From: Bifidobacteriaceae bacterium
GTDB taxonomy: Bacteria; Actinomycetota; Actinomycetes; Actinomycetales; WQXJ01
Reading direction: 5' to 3'
DNA length: 40,214 nucleotides
Assembly: GCA_031255835.1 (NCBI GenBank)
Contig: JAIRRT010000117.1
Span: 1 to 40,214, forward strand
The notes under the pieces are model-generated. The model was given only the letters and a program-made list of their open reading frames with translations, was not told where the DNA came from and made no database searches. Both the position numbers and the translations under genes were made by a program. This document shows, one piece after another, positions 7,775 through 19,700 of the stretch (the first letter of the stretch is position 1; every line of letters begins with the position of its first letter).

Positions 7775-10700
7775 CTAGTGCATCTGCCTGTCGCGGCGGC
7801 GCTTAGTGATCAGCAGCACCAACCCGGTCAGCAGCAGTCCCAGCGCCGTGCCTGCAGCAGGAATTGCTCCGCTGGTCAGGCCGGTCTTGGACAGTGTCGG
7901 CTGGAGGACCGGATCGCCCGGCGCAGTGACCGTCACTGTCTCGGTTGGACCCGGGACCGGGCTGGCCACATGCGTGGGCACCACAACGGTCGAAACCGGC
8001 GTTGGCGTGACCGAGATGGTCGGCGATGGCGACGGCTGTACAGCCTCGATCACATCGAAGTCGGCCGGACCGGCCTTGCCGGACAGCGGGCCAGTCGCAT
8101 CAGCCTTGTGGGCGCCAAGCTCAAACTCGGCCGGAACCTTGAACGTGAACACGGCGTTGCCAGCCGGACCGGCCACTGCCGTACCCAAGTCAAGCGGCGT
8201 CGAGTGGACGATGGCGTGGACCGTCTCACCGGGCTGGAAGTTGACAACCCGAACGGTCTGATCCTCACCATGGTGCAACTCGGGCTGGTCGACAGTGATG
8301 CGCGGTTGGCCCACGCGCCACAACACCTGATCCGACACGTTGCCGTCATCGTCGGTTTGGGTGACCACGATCATCGTGCCCTCTTCGAGCGGCACCGGCG
8401 GCTTGAGCTTCCACGTGCCGTCCGGGCTGACCGAGGTTTCACCGACGGGCTCGCCGTCCTCGGTGACAACGGTGACCGTGTTGCCGGGCAGACCCTGGCC
8501 GGGAACCTGAGTGCCATCATTCGGCTCGACAGTGGGCGGCACCGGCGGCTCGGTGAACCGCACCTGATCGGAAGAATCCGCCCGCGCCCCGCCAATCGAG
8601 AACCGGACTGTTGCCGTTCCGACCTGCGTTGACGTGAGTCGAGCCGAGTAGGTGCCGTCGCCATTGTCAGTCATCGTGTCGAAGATGCCGCTCAAGCTCG
8701 CCCATCGCATGCCGGGCAAGTTGCTGGACAACGCGATGGTCAGACCGGCACCGTACTCGCCAAGGGGCTGGCCGGCATCGTCCATCACGGTGACTATGGC
8801 TATGGTCGAATCCGGCATTGCGTCGTTGCCGTTTGCCAGCAGAACCCGCGGTGCCTGGATCTCGATCAACGAGGTGGCCAGTGATGCGGGCCTGTGGGTG
8901 AAGACCGCCTGGCTGTTGGCACCAGAGGCCGGGTTGATGGTCACGGAGGCCAACTCGACTGCAATCTGCTTGACGCCGGGCCGGGTCGAGACAATCGACG
9001 CCCTATACAGGCCGTCGGAAGGAACCCTCGCCGGGTTGACCGCGGCAAACGAACCGATCACGACTCCCTCCGCCGGATCAGCAGAGGCTGACAGCTGGCT
9101 TGCCATGCCGGGCACACCATTGCCGTAAGCATCGCGGACGGTGACAGTGACGGTGTGGGCTGCTACGCCATCGGCCACCTTGTCACCGCGGCTGACCTCG
9201 AAGCTGGACCTGCCCTCATCCCAGGGACCTGGGTCGAACCCGAACACCAGATGGGTTGTGGTCCTGCTGGTTCCGGCCGGGCGGGCCGGAACAGCGATCC
9301 ACCTGCTCGGCTGGGCGGGATCGGCAATCCTGGCCGAGAGCTCGACATCGCCGGCAACATCAGAGGTGAACCGCAACATCGCCTGGCCGTTTGCGTCGGT
9401 CTGGATGGGATCGCCACCAATCGAGGTGCCGTTCCGGCGGAAATCGACGCCCAGTCCGATCAGCGGATTGTGAGCCGGGGAGGCGTCGACAACCGTCACC
9501 AGAGCGGTGTGGATACCTTCCGGATCGGCTCCGCCAACAACTCGGCGCTCATTGTCCGTTCCGGTCAACACGCTCAGGTCCATATCGGCCTGCTGCAATG
9601 CGGTGAACTCGACGGACAGATCGCCAGACTCGGGCAACGGAACCGGGCCCGTTGAGCCAGGCAAGTCGATCAGCGCGGCATGGACCCAATAGGTTCCAGC
9701 AACCGTGGTGGTGAAGTCGGTCGAGGCGATGCCGCCTTCCACCGTCCGAGGCTCACGGGCTAGCTGGTCTGGACTGAACTCGACTGGGTTGCCGTCCGAG
9801 TCAACAACCCAGAAGCGCACAGTCTGACCCACCACCGCGTTCCCGCCCCTGTCCTTGACGGTCGCGGTAATGGTGACCATCTTGGTGACTTCCTGCTGGG
9901 TTGGGTTGACGCTCAAGGACGAGTTTGTCGGATCGGCCTGATCGGACCCGAACAAAGTGGTGTCCTTGCCGCTGGGCACCTGCAGGCCGAGTGGTAGGGC
10001 CGTTCCGTTGCTCTGCGCCAAGTCGACGCCAACCTTGAACGTCCCGGCCACCGTTGAGGTGATCGGCGCCAGGTACAGCCCAGGCTTCGCGCTGTCCTCA
10101 ACGAACACACCGAACACCGGCCCGTTCTTGTCAAGACGCATATGGAGCAGATCGTCGATGCCGGTGCCTTGCAAATCGGCGTCAGCCAGGCCGGGAACCC
10201 CGACGCCCGAAGCGTCAGCCAGGAAGACTGACAGGGTTTGGCTGTCGCGGCCATTCGCTTTGACAGAAGCATCATCGGTCACCGTGAACCAGGAGGTCCC
10301 CAGCGCGGGCGGGCCGGTGATGAACTCGACTTGCACCTCACCTGAGCCTCGCGGCACGGTTTGGGTTACACCGTCCAGTCCCAGGATGGTGGCGTGAACT
10401 GTGTAGGTGCCCGGCACGCGTGAGGTGAAGTACAGGTCCGCCTCACCCTTGTCATTCGTGGGGGCAACGCCTTGCCATGCCGGATCAGTGATGGCTGGCA
10501 CGGTGGAGAACATCACGGTGGCACCCTGAACCCAGTTGCCATCCTTGTCCATGGCGGTCACCCGCACGTGGTGTTCCTCGGCCATGACCTTCATTGGCAC
10601 GGTGGTGATGGCCTCAAGCGTGGACCTCTCAGCAGAAACTGGTCCGGCGTCGAAGCGAACCCGTGATCCGCTGGGGCCCGGGGTCAGAGCCACGGTGCCC

Positions 10701-13700
10701 TTGAAGGAGACGGCGACGTTGCGCGCGGCGGCCACCGTGGAGGTGATGCGAGCCACATACACACCTGGGTTTTCGATTGGATCCTCTTCAAAGTCGCCGA
10801 TGTCGAACGGCGGGGCTTCGGCATGCAGGAAGTCCTTTTGACCGGTCATTCCGTTGCCGGTGCCATCCAGGAGCGTGACTGTCACCTCGTGGAAGTCGTA
10901 TCCAGTCGAGTTGCCGTTGGCGATCCGGATCCCGGTGGAGACGGAGAATGTGGCGCCATCGTCCGCCAACTCACCTGGCACGAATCGAACTGAGGTGGGA
11001 GAGCCAGTAGCTGGCGGAATCACATCACCAACCCGCACGGTTATGGCGTAGGTGGCAGCGCTGCGTGACGTGATCTCCGCAACGTACCGTCCATCAACAC
11101 CATCCACGGCGGTGAACCTGCCAATGCTGGCCGGCCCGGCTTTCGGAGAATTGGCATCCAGCCGCACGGAGATCTGTTCTGCCGCGCCGTTGACCTTGGC
11201 GCCGTTTACATCGACCAAGTCGACAGTCAACTCGTGGGAGTCCTCGCCGTTGGCGATGCGATCACCCGAGGTGACCGAATAGCTCGAATCAGCCGGGGAG
11301 ACGTTCGAGTGGATGAACACCAGATCGAAGTACGGCGGGTTTTGCACCGAGATGCCATTCACGCGAGCTGTCAACCGGGCCGTTCCCAGCTTGGTCGATG
11401 TGATGGTGACCTTGGCGGCACCATCACCATTGACCGGGAGCAGGCCACTGTTGGACAAACTCGCCTCCGGCAGGCCACTCAAGGCGAACTGGACCGAAGT
11501 GTCGATGGTCACCGGGTTGTCGAAGCGATCACGCACTTTCACTGTCGCCTCGTGAGGATCGGCTGGATTGTTGACCAGCTTCTCAGTTGTGGTTGCCTCC
11601 AACGTTGTCTTGGTCCATGAGATGTCGGTGGCCCGGAACACCACAGTCCGTTCGCCTGACCAGCGCAATTGCTGACCGTCCCGCGTTGTGCCGAAGGCTG
11701 CAAAGACGTGGTAGGTCCCAGCTTTCTCGGTGGTGAATTCGATGCTGGCCAGACCCTCCTTGTCAGTTGTCAAGACCGTCTGCATGGAGTCCGGCACGGT
11801 GTCCGGCACGGTCCAAACTGTGACGTCCTGGTTTTCCACTGGGTTGCCGTCATGGTCGGTGACATGGACGGTGGCTGTGTGGCTCTCGTCTTTGACGCGA
11901 CGGCTGCCTGTCGTGACGCTCAACTCACTCTTTCCAGCATCGGGAGTTCCAGCCACAAACACGGCCCGCCGGTTCAGACTGGTCCTGACATCGGTGCCAT
12001 CGAACTTGACGCTCACCAAGTGCGAGCCTGCCTTGGCAGAGCGGATTGCGGCGCTGTACTGGTCGCCATCCCATTCCGGGTCCTCAATCGAGGAGTATTC
12101 GCCAGTGGCCGTTATGCGGCTGGCATCGCCCTCGCGGACGTTGCCAAAGGCGTCTGCCACGGTGATGAATACGGTCTGATAGTCGGAGTTGTTGGCACGG
12201 ATCCCTAGGGTCTGGCTGACCCAATAGTTGATGGCACTGGCCGGTCCGGCCACAAACGTGACCGTAGGCGTCTGAGTACTGCCGCTTGCGGGCCGCAGTT
12301 CAGTTCCGCCCACCTCGACTCGCACCGGATAGGTGCCAGCCTTCTGGGAAACGATGTCGGCAATGTATGTGGCCTGTTCAGCCGAATCCGGATCGATCCG
12401 CCAACGCACAACGGTGGCGTCTGGCCCTGCAAAGCCGGCCAATTCCTTGGCTGGATCATCCAACGGCACCGGAGTGCCGAGCTGATCGAGCGTCCTGACC
12501 CGGACGGTGTGGGTCTCCACACCAGCTATCCGGGTGCCATCGGACACGCTGTAGTAGGAGGCGCGATAGTCGAGCAGATCTGGCACGAACTCCAGCGCCA
12601 GGCTTGCCGGCACTCCTGGCCGGGACAGAATCGGCAGACCGGTGGTGTAGTCACCGATCTTCGCGGTCACACGCGCAAAGCCAGCCTCGGCATTCGAGAC
12701 GATGTGGACAACCACCTCGCCGTCCGCGTTCGTGGTGGCCTGGGCCACCGTGCCACCAGACGTGATCTGCCCAGCTGGGGAAACCAGCGAGATCCTGCCA
12801 ATATCGGCAACAGAGATGGTGACCATTTGGCCAGCGATGGCGTTGCCATATATGTCATTGACGGTGACAGTCGCGACGTGGAATGCCTGGTTGTTCGCCA
12901 CCTTGCGCTCATTCTCGGTGCCAGTCAACGTTGAAGCCAACTGGTCCGGCGCACCAGCAACGAACTCAATCTCGGTTGGCGATCCGGTCACCGCCTGGCC
13001 GTTCACCTTGGCTGACGCAAGGTAGGTCAAAGCCTTTTCAGACGAAACCATTAGCGTCGCCACGCCGCCGCCAGCCGAAATGGCTGTGGCCGGAGACAGC
13101 GCCGGAACAACATCCGGAACAGTCTCAAACGTCACGGTCTGGCCATTGACCGGATTGCGTCCAGCAGAGCAATCGCGCACGATGACGCGCAGCTCCCAAG
13201 CGCCTCGACCCGCCACAACCTTGGTGTCACCCAAGGCTGGAACTGGCGTCGCGGTCAGCTGAGAATTCTGGCCGCACGCATCACCTGGGACAAACACAGC
13301 AAGGTTGTTGCGTTGCCCGGACGAGAGCGTGACAGGCGCGCTTGCGCCATCGGTGGCTGTGGCTGTCATTGTGAACGTGCCGGCTACCTCTGACCGAATC
13401 GGTGCGGTGTACTGCCCGGCCGCACCTGGGGTGAAGGTACCGACGCTCAACAGCGGGGTGTTGGCGGTGTCGGATGCTGCCATGTTCAAACCGGTCACGC
13501 CGTTGCCCTTTGCGTCACGCACCACAGCGGTCAGCGTGTGGGCTGCACTGCCGTCGGCTTTGCGGTCCGGAGGAGACGTTGTCACCTCGAAGTAGGACGT
13601 GGTTTCGCTCGGGGAACCTGGCACAAACTGCATTGAACTGCGAGGCGGAGTGTTGCTCGGATCTGGCCGGATGGTTCCGCCACTGGAATGGACAGCTGTG

Positions 13701-16700
13701 ATATTGAACGTCGCAGCATATGTCGAGGTGGCGGACACCTCGTAGACGCCCTTATCCACTTCTGTGGGATTCAGCGGCATCGTCAATGCTGTGCCGTCTG
13801 GCCTGGCTGGAGATCCCGGTGCTGGGACGGCCGTCACCGTCAAGGATTCGGCTGCGCCGACAACGGGAGCCTCCTTCTCATCGAGTAGATAGATGGTGAT
13901 CGTGTGAGGATCATTGCCACTGGCCTCGCGGGCTTCTGGCGTCACCGTGTAGTACGACTTCTCTGGCGAATAGATCGAGGGGACCCACTCCCAGGTCAGT
14001 TTGGCAGGCGAGCCATCGGCTGAGGCGTTTGTGACCGCCTGGTTGCCGATCCTCGCGGTCACGATTGTGGTGCCAAGGGCGAAGTCGCCAACATAGCGAA
14101 CCTCAGCGAACCCGCCATTCACACTAGTTGGAGTGGCGCTATAGCCGTCCACGAGCTTGCCGATCGGGGCCTGACCGGTCGGGTTCTCCAGGTGGAAGGA
14201 CACAGGCACACCGTCAATTGCGTTGCCGTACTGGTCCATCACTTTGACCTTGGCCCAGTGCTCATCCACACGGTTGGACAGCACCTGACCGGATGACCCA
14301 GTCAAGATGCTTGCCGTGGGGGAGGGAGCATCGTGGGTGAACTCGACTTCAATCTCGCCGGACTTCTTCACAGGCGTGCCGGACACGGCTGTGCCGTCCG
14401 CCAGTTCTGCATAAACGGTGTAGGTACCAGCCACCTTGGTGCTCAAAGTGGCCGTGGCCTCGCCATTTGCCTTGGTTTGGACACGCAGGAACGGCAGTGT
14501 GCCACCATCAGGATTGATCGCATCGATAGGACTGGTCCTGACCAGCACAATCTGGTTGGACACCTTGTTGCCGCGCGCGTCAAAGACCTTGATGGTGGCC
14601 TTGATCTCGCCGCCGGCAACCTGGGTCAGCCGGTCCACGCTCAGCTCCGAATCACCGGGCACTGCTGGGCCCGCCACGAAGTGGGCGGTATCCCGGGCCG
14701 GGTCTGTCGGCTCGAGTGCTTTCCCAACTGCGGTGACGCTGATCGGGAACGCGCCAGCTACCGATGATCGAATCTGGCCCACATACACCCCGGGCGGGCT
14801 GTTCGGTTTGGCGATGAACTGCTGGGTGCCGGGGGTGTTCCCATCAAGGTCCACCAGATAGGCACCGGGTCTGGCTACCACGGCCTGGATGTCACCGGCC
14901 CTGCCAGCAATCCCCACGCCTGCCTCGGTGTACAGCCAGACGGTTACCTCTTGGAAGTGCTCTGGAGCCTCATCGGCTATTACGTCGGTCCACTGGGAGA
15001 CCTCGAACTTCGACTTGATCTCCGAGATCGCGCCGTAGACAAACTCGACGGTCAATCCGGAGTTCTTCACGGCAATCGGTGCGCCGTCCCCACCCACCAC
15101 GGTCGCGTGGACTGGGTACGTGCCCTCTTGATCGGCCGTGAAGCTGAAGCGGGCTATGCCGTTCGAATCGGATGTGGCTGTCCATCTCGTGCCCTCCCAA
15201 GGCCGGGCTCCGGCCACCGAGAACGTCACCGGGGAGCTGCGTAGCTCGTTGCCTTTGGCATCGCGAACAACCACTTCAGCGATATGGAACTCGCTGGTGA
15301 CAGCCCGCGGACCTTGGGTGATGATGGTCAGCTCTGACGTGCCGGCCGGAGGCCCAGCATGGAAGTTGGCGATGTCATTGGCTGGTCCGGGCTTGATTGT
15401 GCCGCTGGAGCTGCCAAACAGGTCGATGACAACCGGGAAGGACTTGGCCAGTGCCGAGCGCACGCCAGCGGTGTAGACACCTGAGTTGGGCTGGCCGGTG
15501 AAGCCAGAGACCGTGGCGGGAGACGCGCTGCCCTTTAGATCGCCGGCCCTGCCGGGCACCTCGTTGTCGTGGGCGTCACGCAAGGTGACAACCACGCTCA
15601 CCTCGGACTCGTCATCGGCCAGGACCGATTCGGTAGCGACTGCGTAGCTGGAGTGTTCAAGGTTGACTTGGCCGGCAACCCAGGTCAGCGTGTTGCCGGC
15701 TCTTGGTGGCACGGTGCCATTGACGTTGACAGTGACAGTCATGGTGTCGGCCACAGTTGAGGTTGCAAGGGCGGTGAACACACCAGCAACCTGGCTGGAA
15801 GGACTGAACTCGCCGATGGTGGCAGAGCCCTTCGGGCCAACAATTCTCACCGAAATCGACCTCGCCACGTTCGGATCCTCGATTGGTGTGCCGAAGGAAT
15901 CACGCAGGCGGACAAACACCTCGTGGGCGTTGGCCGGCGCAGTGCTTCCATTGGCCACCCTGTCGCCAGTCGAAAGCCAGAACTCCGACTCCTCCGGGTC
16001 AATCTCGGTTACGTCGAAGTGCAACGGGATCTGGGATGGCACAGGCTGAGCTGTCGAGCCGCGCACGGTTGCTGTCAACGAGGCGGTGCCGACCCTTTGC
16101 GAGCTGACGGCGATGGTGGCCGTCCCATCGTTCAGGGTGTCGACAGCGCCGTTCACTGGGGACATTTGAGCAGTTTCCAGCCCGCTGACTGAGAAGTTGA
16201 CGCTCTGACCGATGATCGGGTTGCCGAACTGGTCCTGCAGGGTTGCCTTGACCTGGTGCGGCGTTGAGTTCACATAGGCGGTCTCGGCAGTCAGCCGTTC
16301 AAGGGTGATCGAGGCCAGGTCACCGGCACTGAACTCCACTGGCGTTGGGCTGTACTTGACAGGCGGCTCGTCCGGAAGGGCAAGCGTTGCGTGGACGTTA
16401 TGCGTGTTCACCTTGGTCGAGGTGAACGTGAACTGGGCTTGGCCGGGGTTCACCAGTGAATCGACAGGACCGCTGGTCTGGGTCAGGAAGCCAACTCCAC
16501 CACCGATTGAGGGCACAGCAAACGGGTCGAGCCACAGTTTGACAACCTGGTTTGGAACCAGGTTGTCGTACTTGTCTCGCACTGTCACAGTGGCCGCAAC
16601 CGTGTCGCCAACTCTCGGATTCTGTGGGGTTACCGTCAAAGTCGACTTGCCCGGAACGGCCTGCCCAGCCACGAACGTAGCTTTGGAAGCATCCACAGCA

Positions 16701-19700
16701 CCAGGGATGGTGATCGGTTGGGGTTGATCCAGCACCACCTGCACGGCATGGCTGCCGGACTTAGTTGATGTGATGCAAGCCTGGTAGGTGCCCTCTGAGG
16801 TCTGGGCGAACGTATGGACCAAAGCCGGATCAGCTGAGCCGTCGAGCAGGGCTGGATCGACCGTGATCGGGTTGTCGTAGCTATCAGCGAGGGTCACGGT
16901 GGCCGTTTGGCACGCCTCGCCATCGGCCAGGACTCGTGGGGTCTTGGTTACTGAGAAGCCGGAGTGGTCCGGATGGACCGGCCCAGCAGCAAATGGCGCC
17001 TGATCCGAATCGAGAGGACCTTGCGATAGTGCCTTCGATACGTCTGAATCGGCGTAGGTCACCCGGACAGTTGCCATGCCGGCAACGGTCGATGTGACCC
17101 GTGTGAAGTATTTGGCGCCTGTTGGGTCATTGAGATCCTTGGTCCAACCAGTCAACGGAGCATCGAGCTTGTTCGCGATGGTGATCCGTCCACCTAGCAA
17201 CGCTAGGTCAACCTGGGCTGGCCGGCCGCCTTCATCGTTCAGGACAACGACAACGCGGTGTTCGCCCACGCCAACAACTGGAATCGGGTCTTGGTGGCGG
17301 GTCTCCACCTCGAAAGCGGAGCCCTTTGGATCGACGGTGCCAGGCACAAACCGCAGGTAGACAGTCTGCGGTTCGGAGGTTTCAGGATCGAGGAGTTTGA
17401 CGTCGCTCGTGCCATCAGACGGTGTGTAGTAGCCGTGGACCGGCGAGGCCAAGACAGGGGTCAGAGACCGGACATACACAGTGGCCGTGCCGTCGGGCCC
17501 GGTTGTGGCTGTCGCATCCTGGCCTGGGCCCTGACCTGCAACATAGACCGGATCGAACAGCTCGAACCGAACAGGCCAGTCTGGTACCGGGTTGAGATTG
17601 ATGTCCTTCAAGGTGATCTTCACCGCGTGGGTCGCATCGCCATCGGCCGTTCTTGCACCCTCACCTTCCAGCGACAAGACGGACAGCGTCGGGTGCGGCT
17701 CCCCTGGGGTGAAGACAATCTCGCGGGATCCATTTGCGGTGCCTCGGCCGTTTTGACCGGTGAAGGTGGCCTCCACCAGGAACGTGCCGGCCTTGGTGCT
17801 CGAGACGGAGAAGGCTGCTGTGCCGCCAGAGCCAGTGGTGAGTGCGCCGCTTGGTGTCACGGTGGCTGCGCCAGTGCCGCCCACCTGGTTGGCGGTCAGC
17901 TCCACGTCAGCTCCAGACACCTTGTTGCCGAGGCAGACTTGGCCGTTCCATGCGCCATCGGTCACGGTCACCATGGCCGCGAATGTGGAGCCTGCCGTTT
18001 GAGGCCCAGTCGGATCGACCACGATGGCGGCGCATGATGCCGCGCCATGAACAAAGTTGGCATATCGGTTGGCTTGACCGCCATCGGCGGCCTGGAGGGT
18101 CTGCTCGGCCTGGCCGACTGCCGGGGTGTAGTACGCACCGATGAGGTGGCTCCCGGCTATGGCCGAGCTGACCTCAGCCTCGAACTCGAAGCCGTCCGGA
18201 GGGTTGCTGGACGCGGAGAACTGACCAACCGTGGCATCCCCAGCCAGTGCCCGGGCCTGGACCTTGGCAACGACGGCGGGATCGGTGATGGTGTTTCCGT
18301 AGCCGTCCTCAAGGTGGAGGTAGACCAGCTGGCGGCCAGTCAGAACAGGCTGGTTGTCGAACCTCGAGACAGCAAAGACTGATCTGCCATCCGGAATGGA
18401 CGGGTCGCCGGGCACAAACTCCACCCAGTCACGGCCGTTGATGGGCTCCGGTGCAATCTGCTGGGGACCCACTGGGGCGTCGGCGCGAGACCACAAGATG
18501 GTCAGATCCTTGATGCCGGCTGCGGTCGAGTTGATGGTGGCGGTGTACTCCCCGCGCTGCTGCGGGTCAGGAACAAACCCTGAAACAACCGCGTCGCCCT
18601 CGCCGCTGCGTCCGATGGCGGCACCACCCAGGAAGTCCGCCTGGCCCATCATCACCTCGCCCTCGCAAGTTTCCAGGTGGACGCGCAGCTCAAACGGAGT
18701 GGTACCGACAACCTTGGGTCCGTTCGGGGTGACCGAGTAGTTGGACATCGCCGGGTCTGTGCACGGAATGACCAAATAGTCGAACCTAAGCTCCAGCCTC
18801 ACTGGATTGGTTGTGCCTTCCTCCCAGATCGCCTGACCGTTGGCGCTGGCGGTGACAATTGCGGTGTCGATGACGGGAGAGGTCATCTCGATGGTGAACG
18901 TGCCCTCCGCGCCGGTCACTGAGGTGGCGGCAGCTGAACCGCTGGCGCTTGGACGCAGTGGATCGGAGACCACGATGCCGCCTGGCTGGACTGTGAACGT
19001 CACAGCCACGCCTGGCACCGGGTTGTCGTTGATATCCAGAACAGTCACGGTGGCCTTGTGGACACCTGTTCCGCCAGGCGGCAGAACCTGGCCGGCGGTC
19101 GCAGAAGTCAGCGTGATGGTGGCCGGATCGGTTGGCGCGAACACGATGGTGTCCAAAGCTCCAACCTTGGTCAACGTGGCGTGACCAGGCAGATACCCGG
19201 ACACCGTGTAGGTGCCGGCCTTGATCGAAACGATCTCGGCCAGATAGGTGCCTGGAGTGGAAGTCTCGGTGATGGTGATCTGTGCGGTGGATGGATCGAC
19301 AGCCACAACAAGGTCATCTTCCACGCCGGTGATCGCCTTGCCGCCGGCATCGGCCAGCTCAACCCGGACCTGGTGTGGTGTTAGGCCGTCAGCTGGCAAA
19401 GGTGTCTTGGTGAGGATCTCGAACGTGGCTTTAGACACACCCTCCAGCCCGGACAGCTCAACCCTGATCGACTCATCGGCCGAGGACACTGCCACGCCCT
19501 TCGGATCGGTGGCATCAGCCCTGACTGCGACGGTGGCATGGCCAGCCACGATGTTGGCGCCAGTGACCACATACGTTGCACTGGCCGTGACCGACTGGCC
19601 TGGCAGCAACCGGCCCGGATGGGTCGGATCAGGCCACTGACCTGTGACAATGTTGGCGAGACGGCCGTCGATGCTAACCGGCGTCACACCGTTCAACGTG

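Noticed and set aside
9235-18760. Assembly duplication or diversity-generating repeat in the adhesin
   Set aside because: The two super-repeat copies are highly diverged in DNA and protein, and no reverse transcriptase or recombinase is present.
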